Assembly: GCA_023954175.1 (NCBI GenBank)
Contig: JAMLIM010000008.1
Span: 12,623 to 76,622 of the forward strand
Source: Rhizobacter sp.
Lineage (GTDB): Bacteria; Pseudomonadota; Gammaproteobacteria; Burkholderiales; Burkholderiaceae_C
Direction: 5' to 3'
DNA length: 64,000 bases
Shown: positions 1 through 11,475 of the stretch, in pieces
Position numbering within the stretch: position 1 is the first letter of the stretch
Layout: each line of letters starts with the position of its first letter
Translations under genes and position numbers: made by a program
Notes under the pieces: generated by a model
Told to the model about the DNA's origin: nothing
The model's input: the letters and a program-made list of their open reading frames with translations, nothing else
The model's database searches: none

Positions 1-731
1 TCGAGCAGCCCGAGGCGGATGCCGGCGACGACCGCGGCGCACGCACCCGTGCCGCAGGCGAGCGTCTCGCCGACGTCGCGCTCGTGCACGCGCAGGCGCA
101 CCGCGTCGCGCGCGAGCACCTGCATGAAGCCGGCGTTCACCTTGCGCGCGAAACGCGGGTGCTGTTCGACCTGCGGGCCGATCGCCGCGACCGGCGCCGT
201 GTCGACGTCGGCGACAAGTTGCACCGCGTGCGGGTTGCCCATCGACAGCACGGCGACTTCGACCGTCGCGCCGTCGAGCGCGAGCGGCCACAGCTCGAAA
301 TCCGCCAACTTGCGCGAGGCGAGGCCCGCGGCGTCGAAAGGAACCCTGGCGAGGTCGAACACGGGACGGTTCATGTCGACGGTGACGCGGCCATCGTCCT
401 GCAGGCGCAGCTCGAGCAGGTTGTTGACGGTCTCGACGCGCAGCGTCTTCTTGGCCGACAAGCCCTTGTCGTGCACGAAGCGCACCAGGCAACGCGCGCC
501 GTTGCCGCAATGCTCGACCTCGTCACCGCTGTTGTTGAAGATGCGGTAGCGGAAGTCCACGCCCGGTGCGTCGCTGCCCTCGACGACGAGGATCTGATCG
601 GCGCCGACGCCCAGGCGCCGGTCGCCGAGGCGGCGCAACTGGTCCTGCGTGGCGTGAAACGGCGTGCGCGTCGCATCGATGACGACGAAGTCGTTGCCGG
701 CGCCCTGCATCTTGGTGAAGCTCAATTGCAT
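1..731 (-). CDS. dapF: diaminopimelate epimerase (3' end lies beyond the left edge of the window)
   Basis: Absent from the ORF track because it runs off the edge. The reverse complement from the ATG at 731-729 reads [24 protein letters not shown]..., and further on ...[10 protein letters not shown].... These are the DapF N-terminus and first active-site Cys motif. Confidence 0.9.
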   Translation of the reverse strand, partial: MQLSFTKMQGAGNDFVVIDATRTPFHATQDQLRRLGDRRLGVGADQILVVEGSDAPGVDFRYRIFNNSGDEVEHCGNGARCLVRFVHDKGLSAKKTLRVETVNNLLELRLQDDGRVTVDMNRPVFDLARVPFDAAGLASRKLADFELWPLALDGATVEVAVLSMGNPHAVQLVADVDTAPVAAIGPQVEQHPRFARKVNAGFMQVLARDAVRLRVHERDVGETLACGTGACAAVVAGIRLGLL

Positions 732-804
732 CGGGCGATTATCGGTCGCGGCTGGGCATCGGCCGCCGCGCCGACCGGGCGCAGAGCCTGGGGCGGCGCG
801 CAGT

Positions 805-1674
805 TCACCCGGACGAAACGCGCGGGTCGACCTCCTGGCGCGGGCCCTTGTAGCGGTTGTAGCCCCACAGGTACTGTTGCGGCGCGCGCCGGATGAGCGC
901 TTCCATCGCGCGATTGACGACGCTGGCCGCCGCGAGCGCATCGTCGGCCGGCAACGCTTCGGCGAGGGGTGAGAGGCGCACGACGTAACCCCGCCCGTGC
1001 GCCAGTCGTTCGCCCCAGGCGATCACGGGGGTCGCGCCGGTCTGCTGCACGAGGCGCGCGGCAAGCGTCATCGTGTAGGCCTTCTGCCCGAAGAACGGCG
1101 CCCACACGCCGAGGCCCGCGGGCGGCACCTGGTCGGGCAGCAGGCCGACCGCCTCGCCACGGCGCAGCGCGCGAATCATCTGGCGCACGCCGGCGAGCGT
1201 CGCCGGCGCGGTCGCCAGCCCCGGGCGCGCACGCGAGGTGTCCACCAGCTCGCGCAGCCAGGCCTTGCGTGCCGGCCGGTAGAGCACCGTGATCGGCCCG
1301 TGCGCAGCCGCGTAGCGTTCCGCGTAGGCCTGTGCGGTGACCTCGAAGCTGCCCATGTGCGGCGTCAGGAAGACGATGCCGCGCCCTGCGGCGTGCGCGG
1401 CGTCGATCAGCGCGGCGCCCTCCCATTGCACGGGCGGCGCGATCGGTGCGTCGGGCGCGCGCAGCCACAGGTAGGGCAACTCGAGCAGCGCCCGGCCCGC
1501 TTCGGCGACCGCGTGGCGCCGCGCCGAGGCCGCAATGCCGGCCAGCGCGGAGTTGCTGCGCACGCGCCGGCGGTAGGTCGGCGACAGCGCGTAGGTCAGC
1601 CAGCCGAGCGCGGCGCCAATGGCGTGCAGAAACCACAGAGGACGGCGGGACAGCCAGCGCAGGGTGCGGTGCAT
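805..1674 (-). CDS. lipid A biosynthesis lauroyl/myristoyl acyltransferase (LpxL/HtrB/MsbB family)
   Basis: 289-aa ORF. It has an N-terminal membrane anchor ([17 protein letters not shown]) and [10 protein letters not shown] and LPDQ blocks typical of late lipid A acyltransferases. It is divergent from metK. Confidence 0.8.
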   Translation of the reverse strand: MHRTLRWLSRRPLWFLHAIGAALGWLTYALSPTYRRRVRSNSALAGIAASARRHAVAEAGRALLELPYLWLRAPDAPIAPPVQWEGAALIDAAHAAGRGIVFLTPHMGSFEVTAQAYAERYAAAHGPITVLYRPARKAWLRELVDTSRARPGLATAPATLAGVRQMIRALRRGEAVGLLPDQVPPAGLGVWAPFFGQKAYTMTLAARLVQQTGATPVIAWGERLAHGRGYVVRLSPLAEALPADDALAAASVVNRAMEALIRRAPQQYLWGYNRYKGPRQEVDPRVSSG

Positions 1675-1857
1675 GCTTTCTATAATGCGGCCATCGCCGA
1701 GTTATGAACTACTTGCGGGGCGATGCAGGGGCCGCGGCGCGGCGCCTGCCGGGCGGCAGCCGACGGGCTGCGCTCAACAAATCCTGCTAAAGCGTTCGCC
1801 GCATCTCCAGGGAAACCAGACCGGCAACGCGATCTGCAACCTGATTGGAGCATCCCC

Positions 1858-3039
1858 ATGGCGAACGACTTTCTCTTCACATCCGAATCCGTTTCAGAGG
1901 GCCACCCGGACAAGGTGGCCGACCAGATCTCGGATGCCATTCTCGACGCAATCTTCCGCGAGGACCCGCGCTCGCGCGTCGCCGCCGAGACGCTGACCAA
2001 CACCGGCCTCGTCGTGCTCGCCGGCGAGGTCACGACCAACGCGCACGTCGACTACATCCAGGTCGCGCGCGACACGATCAAGCGCATCGGCTACGACAAC
2101 ACCGAGTACGGCATCGACTACAAGGGCTGCGCGGTGATGGTCTGCTACGACAAGCAGAGCAACGACATCGCCCAGGGCGTCGACCACGCGAGCGACGACC
2201 ATCTGAACACCGGCGCCGGCGACCAGGGCCTGATGTTCGGCTACGCCTGCGACGAGACGCCCGAGCTGATGCCGGCGCCGATCTACTACGCGCACCGCCT
2301 CGTCGAGCGCCAGGCGCAGCTGCGCAAGGACGGCCGCATGCCCTTCCTGCGGCCCGACGCGAAGAGCCAGGTGACGATGCGCTACGTCGACGGCAGGCCG
2401 CACTCCATCGACACCGTCGTGCTGTCGAGCCAGCACAGCCCGGACCAGAGCGAGACGGCGACGAAGATGAAGCAGTCCTTCATCGACCAAGTGATCGAGG
2501 ACCTCATCAAGCCGGTGCTGCCCAAGGAGTGGCTGAAGGACACCAAGTACCTGATCAACCCGACCGGCCGCTTCGTCGTCGGCGGCCCGCAGGGCGACTG
2601 CGGCCTGACCGGGCGCAAGATCATCGTCGACACCTACGGCGGCGCCTGCCCGCACGGCGGCGGCGCGTTCTCGGGCAAGGACCCGAGCAAGGTCGACCGC
2701 TCGGCCGCCTACGCGGCGCGCTACGTGGCGAAGAACATCGTCGCCGCCGGGCTGGCGCGCCAGTGCCAGATCCAGGTCGCCTACGCGATCGGCGTCGCGC
2801 GGCCGATGAACGTCACCGTCTACACCGAAGGCACGGGCGTGATCGCGGACGAGAAGATCGCGGCCCTGATCACCGAGCACTTCGACCTGCGCCCCAAGGG
2901 CATCGTCCAGATGCTCGACCTGCTGCGCCCGATCTACGAGAAGACCGCGGCCTACGGCCATTTCGGCCGAGAGGAACCCGAGTTCACGTGGGAGCGGACG
3001 GACAAGGCGGCCACGCTGCGCGCGGCCGCGGGCCTGTAG
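1858..3039 (+). CDS. metK: S-adenosylmethionine synthetase
   Basis: [30 protein letters not shown]... plus [12 protein letters not shown] and the [19 protein letters not shown] signature. The ATG at 1858 lies inside the longer track ORF 1723..3039. Confidence 0.97.
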   Translation: MANDFLFTSESVSEGHPDKVADQISDAILDAIFREDPRSRVAAETLTNTGLVVLAGEVTTNAHVDYIQVARDTIKRIGYDNTEYGIDYKGCAVMVCYDKQSNDIAQGVDHASDDHLNTGAGDQGLMFGYACDETPELMPAPIYYAHRLVERQAQLRKDGRMPFLRPDAKSQVTMRYVDGRPHSIDTVVLSSQHSPDQSETATKMKQSFIDQVIEDLIKPVLPKEWLKDTKYLINPTGRFVVGGPQGDCGLTGRKIIVDTYGGACPHGGGAFSGKDPSKVDRSAAYAARYVAKNIVAAGLARQCQIQVAYAIGVARPMNVTVYTEGTGVIADEKIAALITEHFDLRPKGIVQMLDLLRPIYEKTAAYGHFGREEPEFTWERTDKAATLRAAAGL

Positions 3040-3173
3040 AACGCCAAGCGAAGCGAACGTATCCGTTCTTCGGCGCAGGCTGACTTCGCGAATGCGAAGC
3101 CAAGGCCCGCAGGGCCGGCCGGAGCCAAAGGACGGACAACGCCGCAGTGTTTCGCGTTGCAGCCGGGCTGCGG

Positions 3174-4478
3174 CTACCGCCCCAGTATTCCCTTCAGCAG
3201 GTTCGTCGGGTTCAGCGGATTGCTGTCTTCGCTCTGCTGCGGTGGCGGCGGCTCGTCGGCCGACGGGGCCTGACCGCCGGCGCCGCGTGTCATCTCTTCG
3301 ATGTCCATGCCGAGCATCGCGTTGGCCACGCTCTTGACGCGGATCTTCACCGCCCACTCGGGCTCCCACGCGACCTTCGGGTCGGCAGGTCGCGGCGGAT
3401 GCGCGAGGTTGAGCTCCGACCCGTAGGCGATCATGCGCAGCATCGCCGTGCCGCCGTCGCCGAAGATGCCCTTGGGCACCGCGCATTGCGTGACGCTGGG
3501 CGCGAGCAGCACGCCCTCCTTGAGCCAGCGGTCGACGGCCGGATTCGTCTGGTAGTCGACGAGCCCCATGCCGATCTCGGGCTGCTCGCTCGAGGTCCAG
3601 AAAACGGCTTCGTTCTCCGAGTTGCCCTTGGCACCCATCGCAGCGATGAAGTAGGCGCGCGCCGTCGGTAACGCGTTCCATTCGAGTCTGGTCGCGCCGC
3701 CGGATTCGCCCTGGCGCAGCTTGATCGGCGGCATCAGATCCTGCGCGGCGCCGATCGCGAACCTGAAGCTCTCGGGCACGCCCTGGCCGCTGAAGGCGTG
3801 TTCGCCGACGAGCGAGGCGCTGGCCGGCACCATGCGCGCGTCCGTCGTGTTCGGCCAGGACGGGCGGCCGACGGCGCTGTGCGCGCCGCGCTGCGTCGCG
3901 CGGCGCGAGACGAAGAACTTCTGGAAGTCCGCCGGGTTCGCGCTGGCCATGTCGAGCACGCGCGGCTGGCCGGCGCGCACCTTGTCGCCACAGCCCCAGT
4001 AGAGGGAAATCTTGCCCTTCGGGCGCTCGTAGTCGGGCTCTTCCACCGACTCGTCGCCTGGCGGCGGCGGCTTGCGCTTCTCGGCCTTGGGCGAGACGAG
4101 CTTCAGGCTCGGGGCGAGCTGGGTCGCGGCCGGCACCGCCTGCGTCGCCTCGGGGAGCGCGGGGTTGCGGCTCGTGTAGAGCGTCACGTCGAGCCAGCGG
4201 CCGGCCGACCCGCCCTGCGTCATGCCGAACGTGTTCTTGCCCCCACCGCCGCCGAACATGCTGCCCATCATCGCCATCGGATTCGCGCCACCCATGCCAC
4301 CCATGCCCGGCATGCCCATGCCGGAGAAGGTGGCGACGTCGATCCATGCCTGCGAGATCGGGGGCTTCACGACCTGGCTTTGCGCCGAAGCAGCGCTGCC
4401 GGCAACGAGCAGGGCGGCACCGAAGGCGGCACTGAATGAGGCACCCGAGGTGGCGCCGAGTGTGGTTCGAGTTCTCAT
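3174..4478 (-). CDS. exported hypothetical protein with Met/Gly-rich and Pro-rich low-complexity regions
   Basis: From the internal ATG at 4478 it reads MRTRTTLGATSGASFSAAFGAALLVAGSAASAQS, a signal peptide. This is followed by GMGMPGMGGMGGANPMAMMGSMFGGGGG, KRKPPPPGDE, and then a non-repetitive domain of about 280 aa. I recognise no family. Confidence 0.65.
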   Translation of the reverse strand: MRTRTTLGATSGASFSAAFGAALLVAGSAASAQSQVVKPPISQAWIDVATFSGMGMPGMGGMGGANPMAMMGSMFGGGGGKNTFGMTQGGSAGRWLDVTLYTSRNPALPEATQAVPAATQLAPSLKLVSPKAEKRKPPPPGDESVEEPDYERPKGKISLYWGCGDKVRAGQPRVLDMASANPADFQKFFVSRRATQRGAHSAVGRPSWPNTTDARMVPASASLVGEHAFSGQGVPESFRFAIGAAQDLMPPIKLRQGESGGATRLEWNALPTARAYFIAAMGAKGNSENEAVFWTSSEQPEIGMGLVDYQTNPAVDRWLKEGVLLAPSVTQCAVPKGIFGDGGTAMLRMIAYGSELNLAHPPRPADPKVAWEPEWAVKIRVKSVANAMLGMDIEEMTRGAGGQAPSADEPPPPQQSEDSNPLNPTNLLKGILGR

Positions 4479-4641
4479 TGACCTGGGCTCCTGTTGGCCG
4501 GGCGCTGACCCGGATGATGTGATGACGGCCGCGCAGGATGGCATGAAGACGGCGCCTTGGGAATGCCCGAAATCAATGGTCGTGCGCGGCCGACCAGAGC
4601 ACGGCGCGACGCGCGGCGAAACCGTCGGGCATCATTCGCCG

Positions 4642-5736
4642 ATGCCCGCGCCGAGCCTTGCCGACCTGCGTCGCTTCGCGATTGCGCGCAGCCTGTTTCG
4701 GCCGACCAGCTTGCCGAAGGCGATCGAGCGCCTCGGCTTCGTCCAGGCCGATCCGATCCGCGCCCCGGCGCGCGCGCAGGACTTGACGCTGCGCCACCGC
4801 GTCAAGGACTATCGCGCGGGCGACCTCGAGCGCCGCTACCCGCGCCTTGCGATCGAGGAGGACAGCTTCGTCAACTACGGCTTCCTGCCGCGCGCGACGC
4901 ATGCGCTGATGCATCCGCGCACGCCGCGCAATGCATGGACGCCGGCGCGCTGGAAGCAGGCGCAGGCGGTGCTCGATTTCGTGCGCGAACGCGGCGTCGT
5001 GCACCCGCGCGAGGTGGACGTCCGCTTCGCGCACGGCAAGACGACCAACTGGTTCGGCGGCGCCAGCAATGCGAGCACACAGTTGCTCGACGGCATGCAC
5101 TATCGCGGCCTGCTGCGCATCGCGCGGCGCGAGGGCGGCATACGCCTCTACGCCGCGCGCGACACCACCCAGCCGCCCGCCGACCCGGCCGCGGCGCTCG
5201 ACACGCTGTTCGACATCGCGATCGCGAAGTACGCGCCGCTGCCCGCGCCGACGCTCGGCTGGCTGCTGAGCGCGCTCGCCTTCGGCGCGCCGCAATGGCG
5301 CGGCGATCATGCCGAGCGCACGCGGACGCTGCGGCGCGCGCGGGAGCGCCTGGCGTCGGCGCATGTCGACGGCATGGACTGGTACTGGCCCGCGGGCGAG
5401 CGCCTGCGCGCGGCCGAAGCGGGCGACTGCGTGCGCCTGCTCGCGCCGTTCGACCCCGTGGTCTGGGACCGGCGCCGATTCGAGTTTTTCTGGGGCTGGG
5501 CCTACCGCTTCGAGGCCTACACGCCGGCGCCGAAGCGCGTGCGCGGCTACTACGCGCTGCCGCTGCTGTGGCGCGATGCGGTGATCGGCTGGGGCAACCT
5601 GTCGGTCGACGCGAAGGGCGCGCTGAATGCCGACCTCGGCTACGTCGCCGGCCGCGCGCCGCGCGAAGCGGCATTCAAGTGCGAGCTCGAAGCCGAGCTC
5701 GAACGGATGCGTGTGTTCCTGGGCGCGGCGGATTGA
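4642..5736 (+). CDS. winged-helix DNA glycosylase-like protein (YcaQ/AlkZ family)
   Basis: MPAPSLADLRRFAIARSLF...LGFVQADPIRAPARAQDLTLRHR...YYALPLLW... resembles YcaQ-family interstrand-crosslink glycosylases, including a Q-x-D motif in VQADP. The start at 4642 was chosen by similarity to the YcaQ N-terminus. An alternative start is 4576. Confidence 0.75.
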   Translation: MPAPSLADLRRFAIARSLFRPTSLPKAIERLGFVQADPIRAPARAQDLTLRHRVKDYRAGDLERRYPRLAIEEDSFVNYGFLPRATHALMHPRTPRNAWTPARWKQAQAVLDFVRERGVVHPREVDVRFAHGKTTNWFGGASNASTQLLDGMHYRGLLRIARREGGIRLYAARDTTQPPADPAAALDTLFDIAIAKYAPLPAPTLGWLLSALAFGAPQWRGDHAERTRTLRRARERLASAHVDGMDWYWPAGERLRAAEAGDCVRLLAPFDPVVWDRRRFEFFWGWAYRFEAYTPAPKRVRGYYALPLLWRDAVIGWGNLSVDAKGALNADLGYVAGRAPREAAFKCELEAELERMRVFLGAAD

Positions 5737-5811
5737 AGGCGGCTCGGTTCGCCAGATCCGCGTGATCGCCTGACGTGCCCGACCTGCCCGAGGTGCCCGA
5801 CGGGAGAACCG

Positions 5812-6627
5812 CTATGCCGCCGTTCCCCGCGCGGCGATCACGGCCCGCGCGAGTTCGGCAAAGCCTTCGCCGCGTTCGCCTTGCGTCACGTAGGCCGGCA
5901 GCACGTCGAGCTCGGGCACGAAGCGCGCGATGTTGGCGACCGCGACCGACAGCGGGATGTGCTCGAACATCAGCTGGTCGTTCGTCGAGTCGCCGACGTA
6001 GAGCCATTCGTCGACGTTCAGCGGCGCGCCGGTGCAGTGCCGCACCGCCCATTGCGCGGCGCTCCACTTCGAGTGTTCGCCGATCCAGCCGTTGACGTGG
6101 ATCGAACTGACCGTCGCGCGCAGGCCGTGCTGCTGCATCACGGCGACGACCTGCGCGATCTGCCCCGCATCGAGATGCGCGAATTCGCTGTGGTCGACCG
6201 CGATGTCGGTCAGCCGGCCGGCGCTGTCGGTCGCGAGCGTCGCGCCCGGCACTTCGCGCAGCACCGCGGCGGCACATGCGGCAAGACGCCGCGCGTTGAC
6301 AAGGCGCTCGGCCTCGGGTTGCGCGAACTCGCGCACGAGCCGGCCGTTCTCCGCACGCAGCATCACGCCGCCGTTCTCCGCGACGATCGCCGCCACCGGC
6401 CAGGCGAGCGCGAACGGCTCGCTCCAGCCCGCGGGCCGGCCGGTGATCGCGAGCACGTCGACGCCTTGGGCGTGCAGGGCGTGCAGCGCCTCGAGCGCGA
6501 CGGGCTCGATCGCGCCGTCGCGCGTCAGCGTGTCGTCGATGTCGGTCAACACGCCGCGGATACCGCGCAGACGCTCGCGTGTCGGCCGCGGCATCTGGTC
6601 CAGGGGGATCATGCGTTCGCCGGGCAT
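5812..6627 (-). CDS. HAD-IIB family hydrolase (sugar-phosphate phosphatase-like)
   Basis: This is the C-terminal 271 codons of the artefactually long track ORF 5812..8271. VLTDIDDTLT is HAD motif I and YVGDSTNDQLMF is motif IV. Alternative starts are 6612 and 6669. Confidence 0.8.
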   Translation of the reverse strand: MPGERMIPLDQMPRPTRERLRGIRGVLTDIDDTLTRDGAIEPVALEALHALHAQGVDVLAITGRPAGWSEPFALAWPVAAIVAENGGVMLRAENGRLVREFAQPEAERLVNARRLAACAAAVLREVPGATLATDSAGRLTDIAVDHSEFAHLDAGQIAQVVAVMQQHGLRATVSSIHVNGWIGEHSKWSAAQWAVRHCTGAPLNVDEWLYVGDSTNDQLMFEHIPLSVAVANIARFVPELDVLPAYVTQGERGEGFAELARAVIAARGTAA

Positions 6628-6744
6628 CGGCGCAGTCTCGCACACCACCGTGGGGGTAACTGCGGGCATGATCGGGCTCAATTCGTCGCCGGCGGGCGGC
6701 TTCACAATCAGGCGTGCGAGGCCGGTGCCTCGAGGGATCGCTTC

Positions 6745-8004
6745 ATGACCAGCAAGACCGCCCTTGCCCAGGGCACGGCCACGACCGGGCGCAAGGCCAA
6801 GGCATCGCCGAGAGCGCGAAAGGCTTCGAGCCCGAAGGCGCAATCGAAGCCGCCCCCGAAGCCGCAGCCGAATGGCGGCACCGCCGCCGGCAGGCACGGC
6901 GCGCAACGACCGGTAGAGGCGGGCGACATCGCGCCGCGCCTGGGCGCGCGCAGCATCGAGCGCCATGTGGTGAAGGAGTCGACGCTGGCCGCGCAGGAGG
7001 CGCAGGCCGAGGCCTTGCGCGACGTCGTGGCCCAGGCGCGCGAAAGCGATCCGCACGAGGTCCTGGCGCAGTTGCAGGCGGTGATTGCGGGGGCTTCGCC
7101 GGACGACGCGATCGCGCTGCGGCACGCCTTGTTCAAGCGCGAGACGACGCTCGTCCCCGGCAGCCCCGACCCCGACGCCGAACTCTCCGACCGTTGGCGC
7201 GAGGGTGCCTATCCGTACCGCAACCTGCTTTCGCGCAAGAGCTACGAGAAGCAGAAGTACCGACTGCAGGTTGAACTGCTCAAGCTCCAGGCCTGGGTCA
7301 AGGACAGCGGGCAGCGCGTCGTGATCCTGTTCGAGGGGCGTGACGCGGCCGGCAAGGGCGGCACGATCAAGCGCTTCATGGAGCATCTGAACCCGCGCGG
7401 CGCGCGCGTCGTGGCGCTCGAGAAGCCCTCCGAGCTCGAGCGCGGCCAGTGGTACTTCCAGCGCTACACCCAGCACCTGCCGACGCGCGGCGAGATCGTG
7501 CTGTTCGACCGCAGCTGGTACAACCGCGCCGGCGTCGAACGCGTGATGGGCTTTTGCAGCGACGAGGAATATCTGGAGTTCATGCGCCAGGCGCCCGAGT
7601 TCGAGCGCCACCTCGTGCGCAGCGGCGTGCACCTGTTCAAGCTGTGGTTCTCGGTCAGCCGCGACGAGCAGCGCCGCCGCTTCAAGGAGCGCCGGACGCA
7701 CCCGCTCAAGCAGTGGAAGCTGAGCCCGATCGACCTCGCCTCGCTCGACCGCTGGGACGACTACACGCGCGCCAAGGAAGCGATGTTCATGCACACCGAC
7801 ACCGCCGATGCGCCGTGGACGGTGATCAAGTCGGACTGCAAGAAGCGCGCGCGCCTGAATGCGTTGCGCTACATCCTGCATCGCCTGCCGTACTCCAACA
7901 AGGATCTGGTCGGCGTCGGTGCGCTCGACCCGCTGATCGTCGGCCGCGCCGCGTTGACGACGCATGATCGGGATGGCGACTTCGCGCCGGCCAACGGGTT
8001 GTAG
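6745..8004 (+). CDS. ppk2: polyphosphate kinase 2 with a Lys/Pro-rich N-terminal extension
   Basis: VVILFEGRDAAGKGGTIKRF (Walker A), FDRSWYNRAGVERVMGF and KQWKLSPIDL are PPK2 signatures. The ATG at 6745 (MTSKTALAQG) lies inside track ORF 5881..8004. Confidence 0.9.
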   Translation: MTSKTALAQGTATTGRKAKASPRARKASSPKAQSKPPPKPQPNGGTAAGRHGAQRPVEAGDIAPRLGARSIERHVVKESTLAAQEAQAEALRDVVAQARESDPHEVLAQLQAVIAGASPDDAIALRHALFKRETTLVPGSPDPDAELSDRWREGAYPYRNLLSRKSYEKQKYRLQVELLKLQAWVKDSGQRVVILFEGRDAAGKGGTIKRFMEHLNPRGARVVALEKPSELERGQWYFQRYTQHLPTRGEIVLFDRSWYNRAGVERVMGFCSDEEYLEFMRQAPEFERHLVRSGVHLFKLWFSVSRDEQRRRFKERRTHPLKQWKLSPIDLASLDRWDDYTRAKEAMFMHTDTADAPWTVIKSDCKKRARLNALRYILHRLPYSNKDLVGVGALDPLIVGRAALTTHDRDGDFAPANGL

Positions 8005-8111
8005 CCAATCGCGTGTGTCGCGTCCGAAAGGCGTGCGCAACGTCACGTCGCGCTTGGATGCGCGTGCGACAGCACACAACACGCAGCGAGCACACGGCAT
8101 GCGGGCGCCCC

Positions 8112-8117
8112 TATAAT
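8112..8117 (+). promoter_or_regulatory. candidate -10 box (TATAAT) for the riboswitch-ahcY transcript
   Basis: A perfect TATAAT sits 8 nt upstream of the first riboswitch nucleotides. The -35 region (agcaca) is poor. Confidence 0.45.
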
Positions 8118-8123
8118 CAACCC

Positions 8124-8205
8124 CGTTCCGAGGAGCGCTGCGAGACCCCCGCATTCGTGCGGCGCGTGTCCCAGGCTCGGCAACTGTTTCAACCGCGCTC
8201 GTCCC
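8124..8205 (+). promoter_or_regulatory. S-adenosylhomocysteine (SAH) riboswitch
   Basis: uuCCGAGGAGCGCUGCGAgac...gucCCAGGCUCGGCAAC...aacCGCGCUCgucc carries the conserved CCGAGGAGCGCUGC, CAGGCUCGG and GCGCUC blocks of the SAH riboswitch. It lies about 130 nt upstream of ahcY, which is the classic context. Confidence 0.8.
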
Positions 8206-8334
8206 CACCCACCGGTGCGGCGAGCAGCCCCGAAGGATGCGTCGCTCGCCGGCCGTGGTGTTCACCACCAAAACGAAGTTTCGGTGGTGGCTGACTTGTA
8301 ATCAGGTCATGTCGTAACCCAACCGGAGAAGTCC

Positions 8335-9777
<1,443 letters not shown>

Positions 9778-9787
9778 GCACGGCGCG

Positions 9788-10555
9788 ATGCGTGCCGATC
9801 AGCTCGTGTTGCAACGCGCACTCGCGCCGACGCGATCTGCCGCGCAGCGGCTGATCGACCGCGGCGCGGTGCGCTGGCGCGTGCCGGGCAATTCCTGGGC
9901 GGTGCCGCGCAAGACCGGCGAGGACCTGCCCGCGGACTGCGAGATCGAGGTCACCGATGACGCCGAACTGCGCTACGTCTCGCGCGGCGGCCTGAAGCTC
10001 GAAGCGGCGCTGAAGCGCTGCGCGATAGCCGTCGAGGGGCGCGCGTGCCTCGACATCGGCCAGGGCACGGGCGGCTTCACCGACGTGCTGCTGCAGCGCG
10101 GCGCGGCAAGCGTCGTCGGCATCGAAGTCGGGCACGGCCAGTTGCACCCGAAGCTGCAAGCCGACGCGCGCGTGCGCTGCTTCGAGGGCGCGAACGCGCG
10201 CGACACGGGCGGCTCCGCGTTCGACGCCGAGATGGGCGCGGCGCGCTTCGATCTGATCGTCGGCGACGTGTCGTTCATTTCGCTCACGCATGTGCTGCCG
10301 ACGGTCTTGCGCCTGCTGGCCGAGAGCGGCGAGTGCCTGCTGCTCGTCAAGCCGCAGTTCGAGTTGCAGCCCGAGCACATCGGCAAGGGCGGCATCGTCA
10401 AACAGACGGCCTCGCATGCGATCGTCGAGACGCGCATCTGGCAGGCCTGCAAGGCGCTCGGCTTCAAGGTCAACGCCTATTTCGAATGCGAGCTCGCGGG
10501 CGGCGACGGCAATCGCGAGTTCTTCGTCTGGGCCAGGCGCAAGGGGGCGCCTTGA
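9788..10555 (+). CDS. tlyA: TlyA family rRNA (cytidine-2'-O)-methyltransferase
   Basis: N-terminal S4-like RADQLVLQRALAPTRSAAQRLI, then YVSRGGLKLEAAL and CLDIGQGTGGFTDVLLQRGA (SAM-binding FtsJ fold). Confidence 0.85.
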   Translation: MRADQLVLQRALAPTRSAAQRLIDRGAVRWRVPGNSWAVPRKTGEDLPADCEIEVTDDAELRYVSRGGLKLEAALKRCAIAVEGRACLDIGQGTGGFTDVLLQRGAASVVGIEVGHGQLHPKLQADARVRCFEGANARDTGGSAFDAEMGAARFDLIVGDVSFISLTHVLPTVLRLLAESGECLLLVKPQFELQPEHIGKGGIVKQTASHAIVETRIWQACKALGFKVNAYFECELAGGDGNREFFVWARRKGAP

Positions 10556-10613
10556 GCGCGCCAGGCCGCTCCCCATGCTTCAACCCAGAGCGCCTGGCGC
10601 GGAGGGTCGTCCA

Positions 10614-11453
10614 TTGAACGTGCCGATCAGCTTCGAGTTTTTCCCGCCCAACACACCGGTCGGCGACGAGAAGCTCAAGGACGTGGTGCGCCAGCTCGGC
10701 GCGCTCGCGCCCGAGTTCTTCAGCGTCACCTACGGTGCCGGCGGCTCGACGCGCGAGAAGACGCTGCGCACCGTGCAGGCGATCGCCGAAGCGGGCTACG
10801 AGGCTGCGCCGCACCTGTCGTGCGTCGGGTCGACCAAGGACGGGCTGCGCGAGATTCTCGCCACCTACCGCGTCCAGAACATCCGCCGCATCGTCGCGCT
10901 GCGTGGCGACATGCCGAGCGGCACCGCGACCGCCGGGGACTTCCGCTTCGCCGCCGAACTCGTGCGCTTCATTCGCGAGACGCAGGGGGCCGACTGGCAC
11001 ATCGAAGTCGCCGCCTATCCCGAATACCACCCCGGCGAGCGCTATGCCGCGCGCGACCTGCGGCACTATGTCGACAAGATCGAGGCTGGCGCCGATTCGG
11101 CGATCACGCAGTTCTTCTTCAACGCCGACGCCTACTTTCATTTCGTCGAGCAGACGCGCGCGCTCGGGGCGCAGGCGCCGGTGGTGCCCGGCATCATGCC
11201 GTTCCACAACTTCGGGCGCATCGCGCAGTTCGCGGCGCGCGACGGCATCGAGATTCCGCGCTGGGTCGCGCTGAAGATGGAAGGCTACCTGGACGATGCG
11301 GCCTCGATCCGCGCCTTCGGGCTCGACGTCGTGACGGCGCTGTGCCGCCGCTTGATCGACGGCGGCGCGCCAGGGCTGCACTTCTACACGATGAACCAGT
11401 CGCCGCTCGTCGTCGAGCTGTGCGCGCGGCTCGGCCTGACGCCGCAGATCTGA
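10614..11453 (+). CDS. metF: methylenetetrahydrofolate reductase
   Basis: ...NVPISFEFFPPNTPVGDEKL...SVTYGAGGSTREKT...FHFYTMN. The TTG at 10614 has a GGAGGG RBS 7 nt upstream. The in-frame ATG at 10575 is the alternative start. Confidence 0.92.
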   Translation: MNVPISFEFFPPNTPVGDEKLKDVVRQLGALAPEFFSVTYGAGGSTREKTLRTVQAIAEAGYEAAPHLSCVGSTKDGLREILATYRVQNIRRIVALRGDMPSGTATAGDFRFAAELVRFIRETQGADWHIEVAAYPEYHPGERYAARDLRHYVDKIEAGADSAITQFFFNADAYFHFVEQTRALGAQAPVVPGIMPFHNFGRIAQFAARDGIEIPRWVALKMEGYLDDAASIRAFGLDVVTALCRRLIDGGAPGLHFYTMNQSPLVVELCARLGLTPQI

Positions 11454-11475
11454 GGCGCCGGGCGCAGCCGCTGAA

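Noticed and set aside
1894-4347. Very long ORFs on the opposite strand or out of frame with recognisable genes. Examples are 1894..4347(-), the upstream two-thirds of 5812..8271(-), 14636..16408(-), 18464..20635(-), 21122..22960(-), 50832..52655(+), 60263..62149(-), and the upstream part of 55893..58214(-).
   Set aside because: Their translations are monotonous Arg/Ala/Pro/Gly strings with no motifs. They overlap genes with unmistakable homology signatures, and stop-codon scarcity in all six frames is expected at this GC content.
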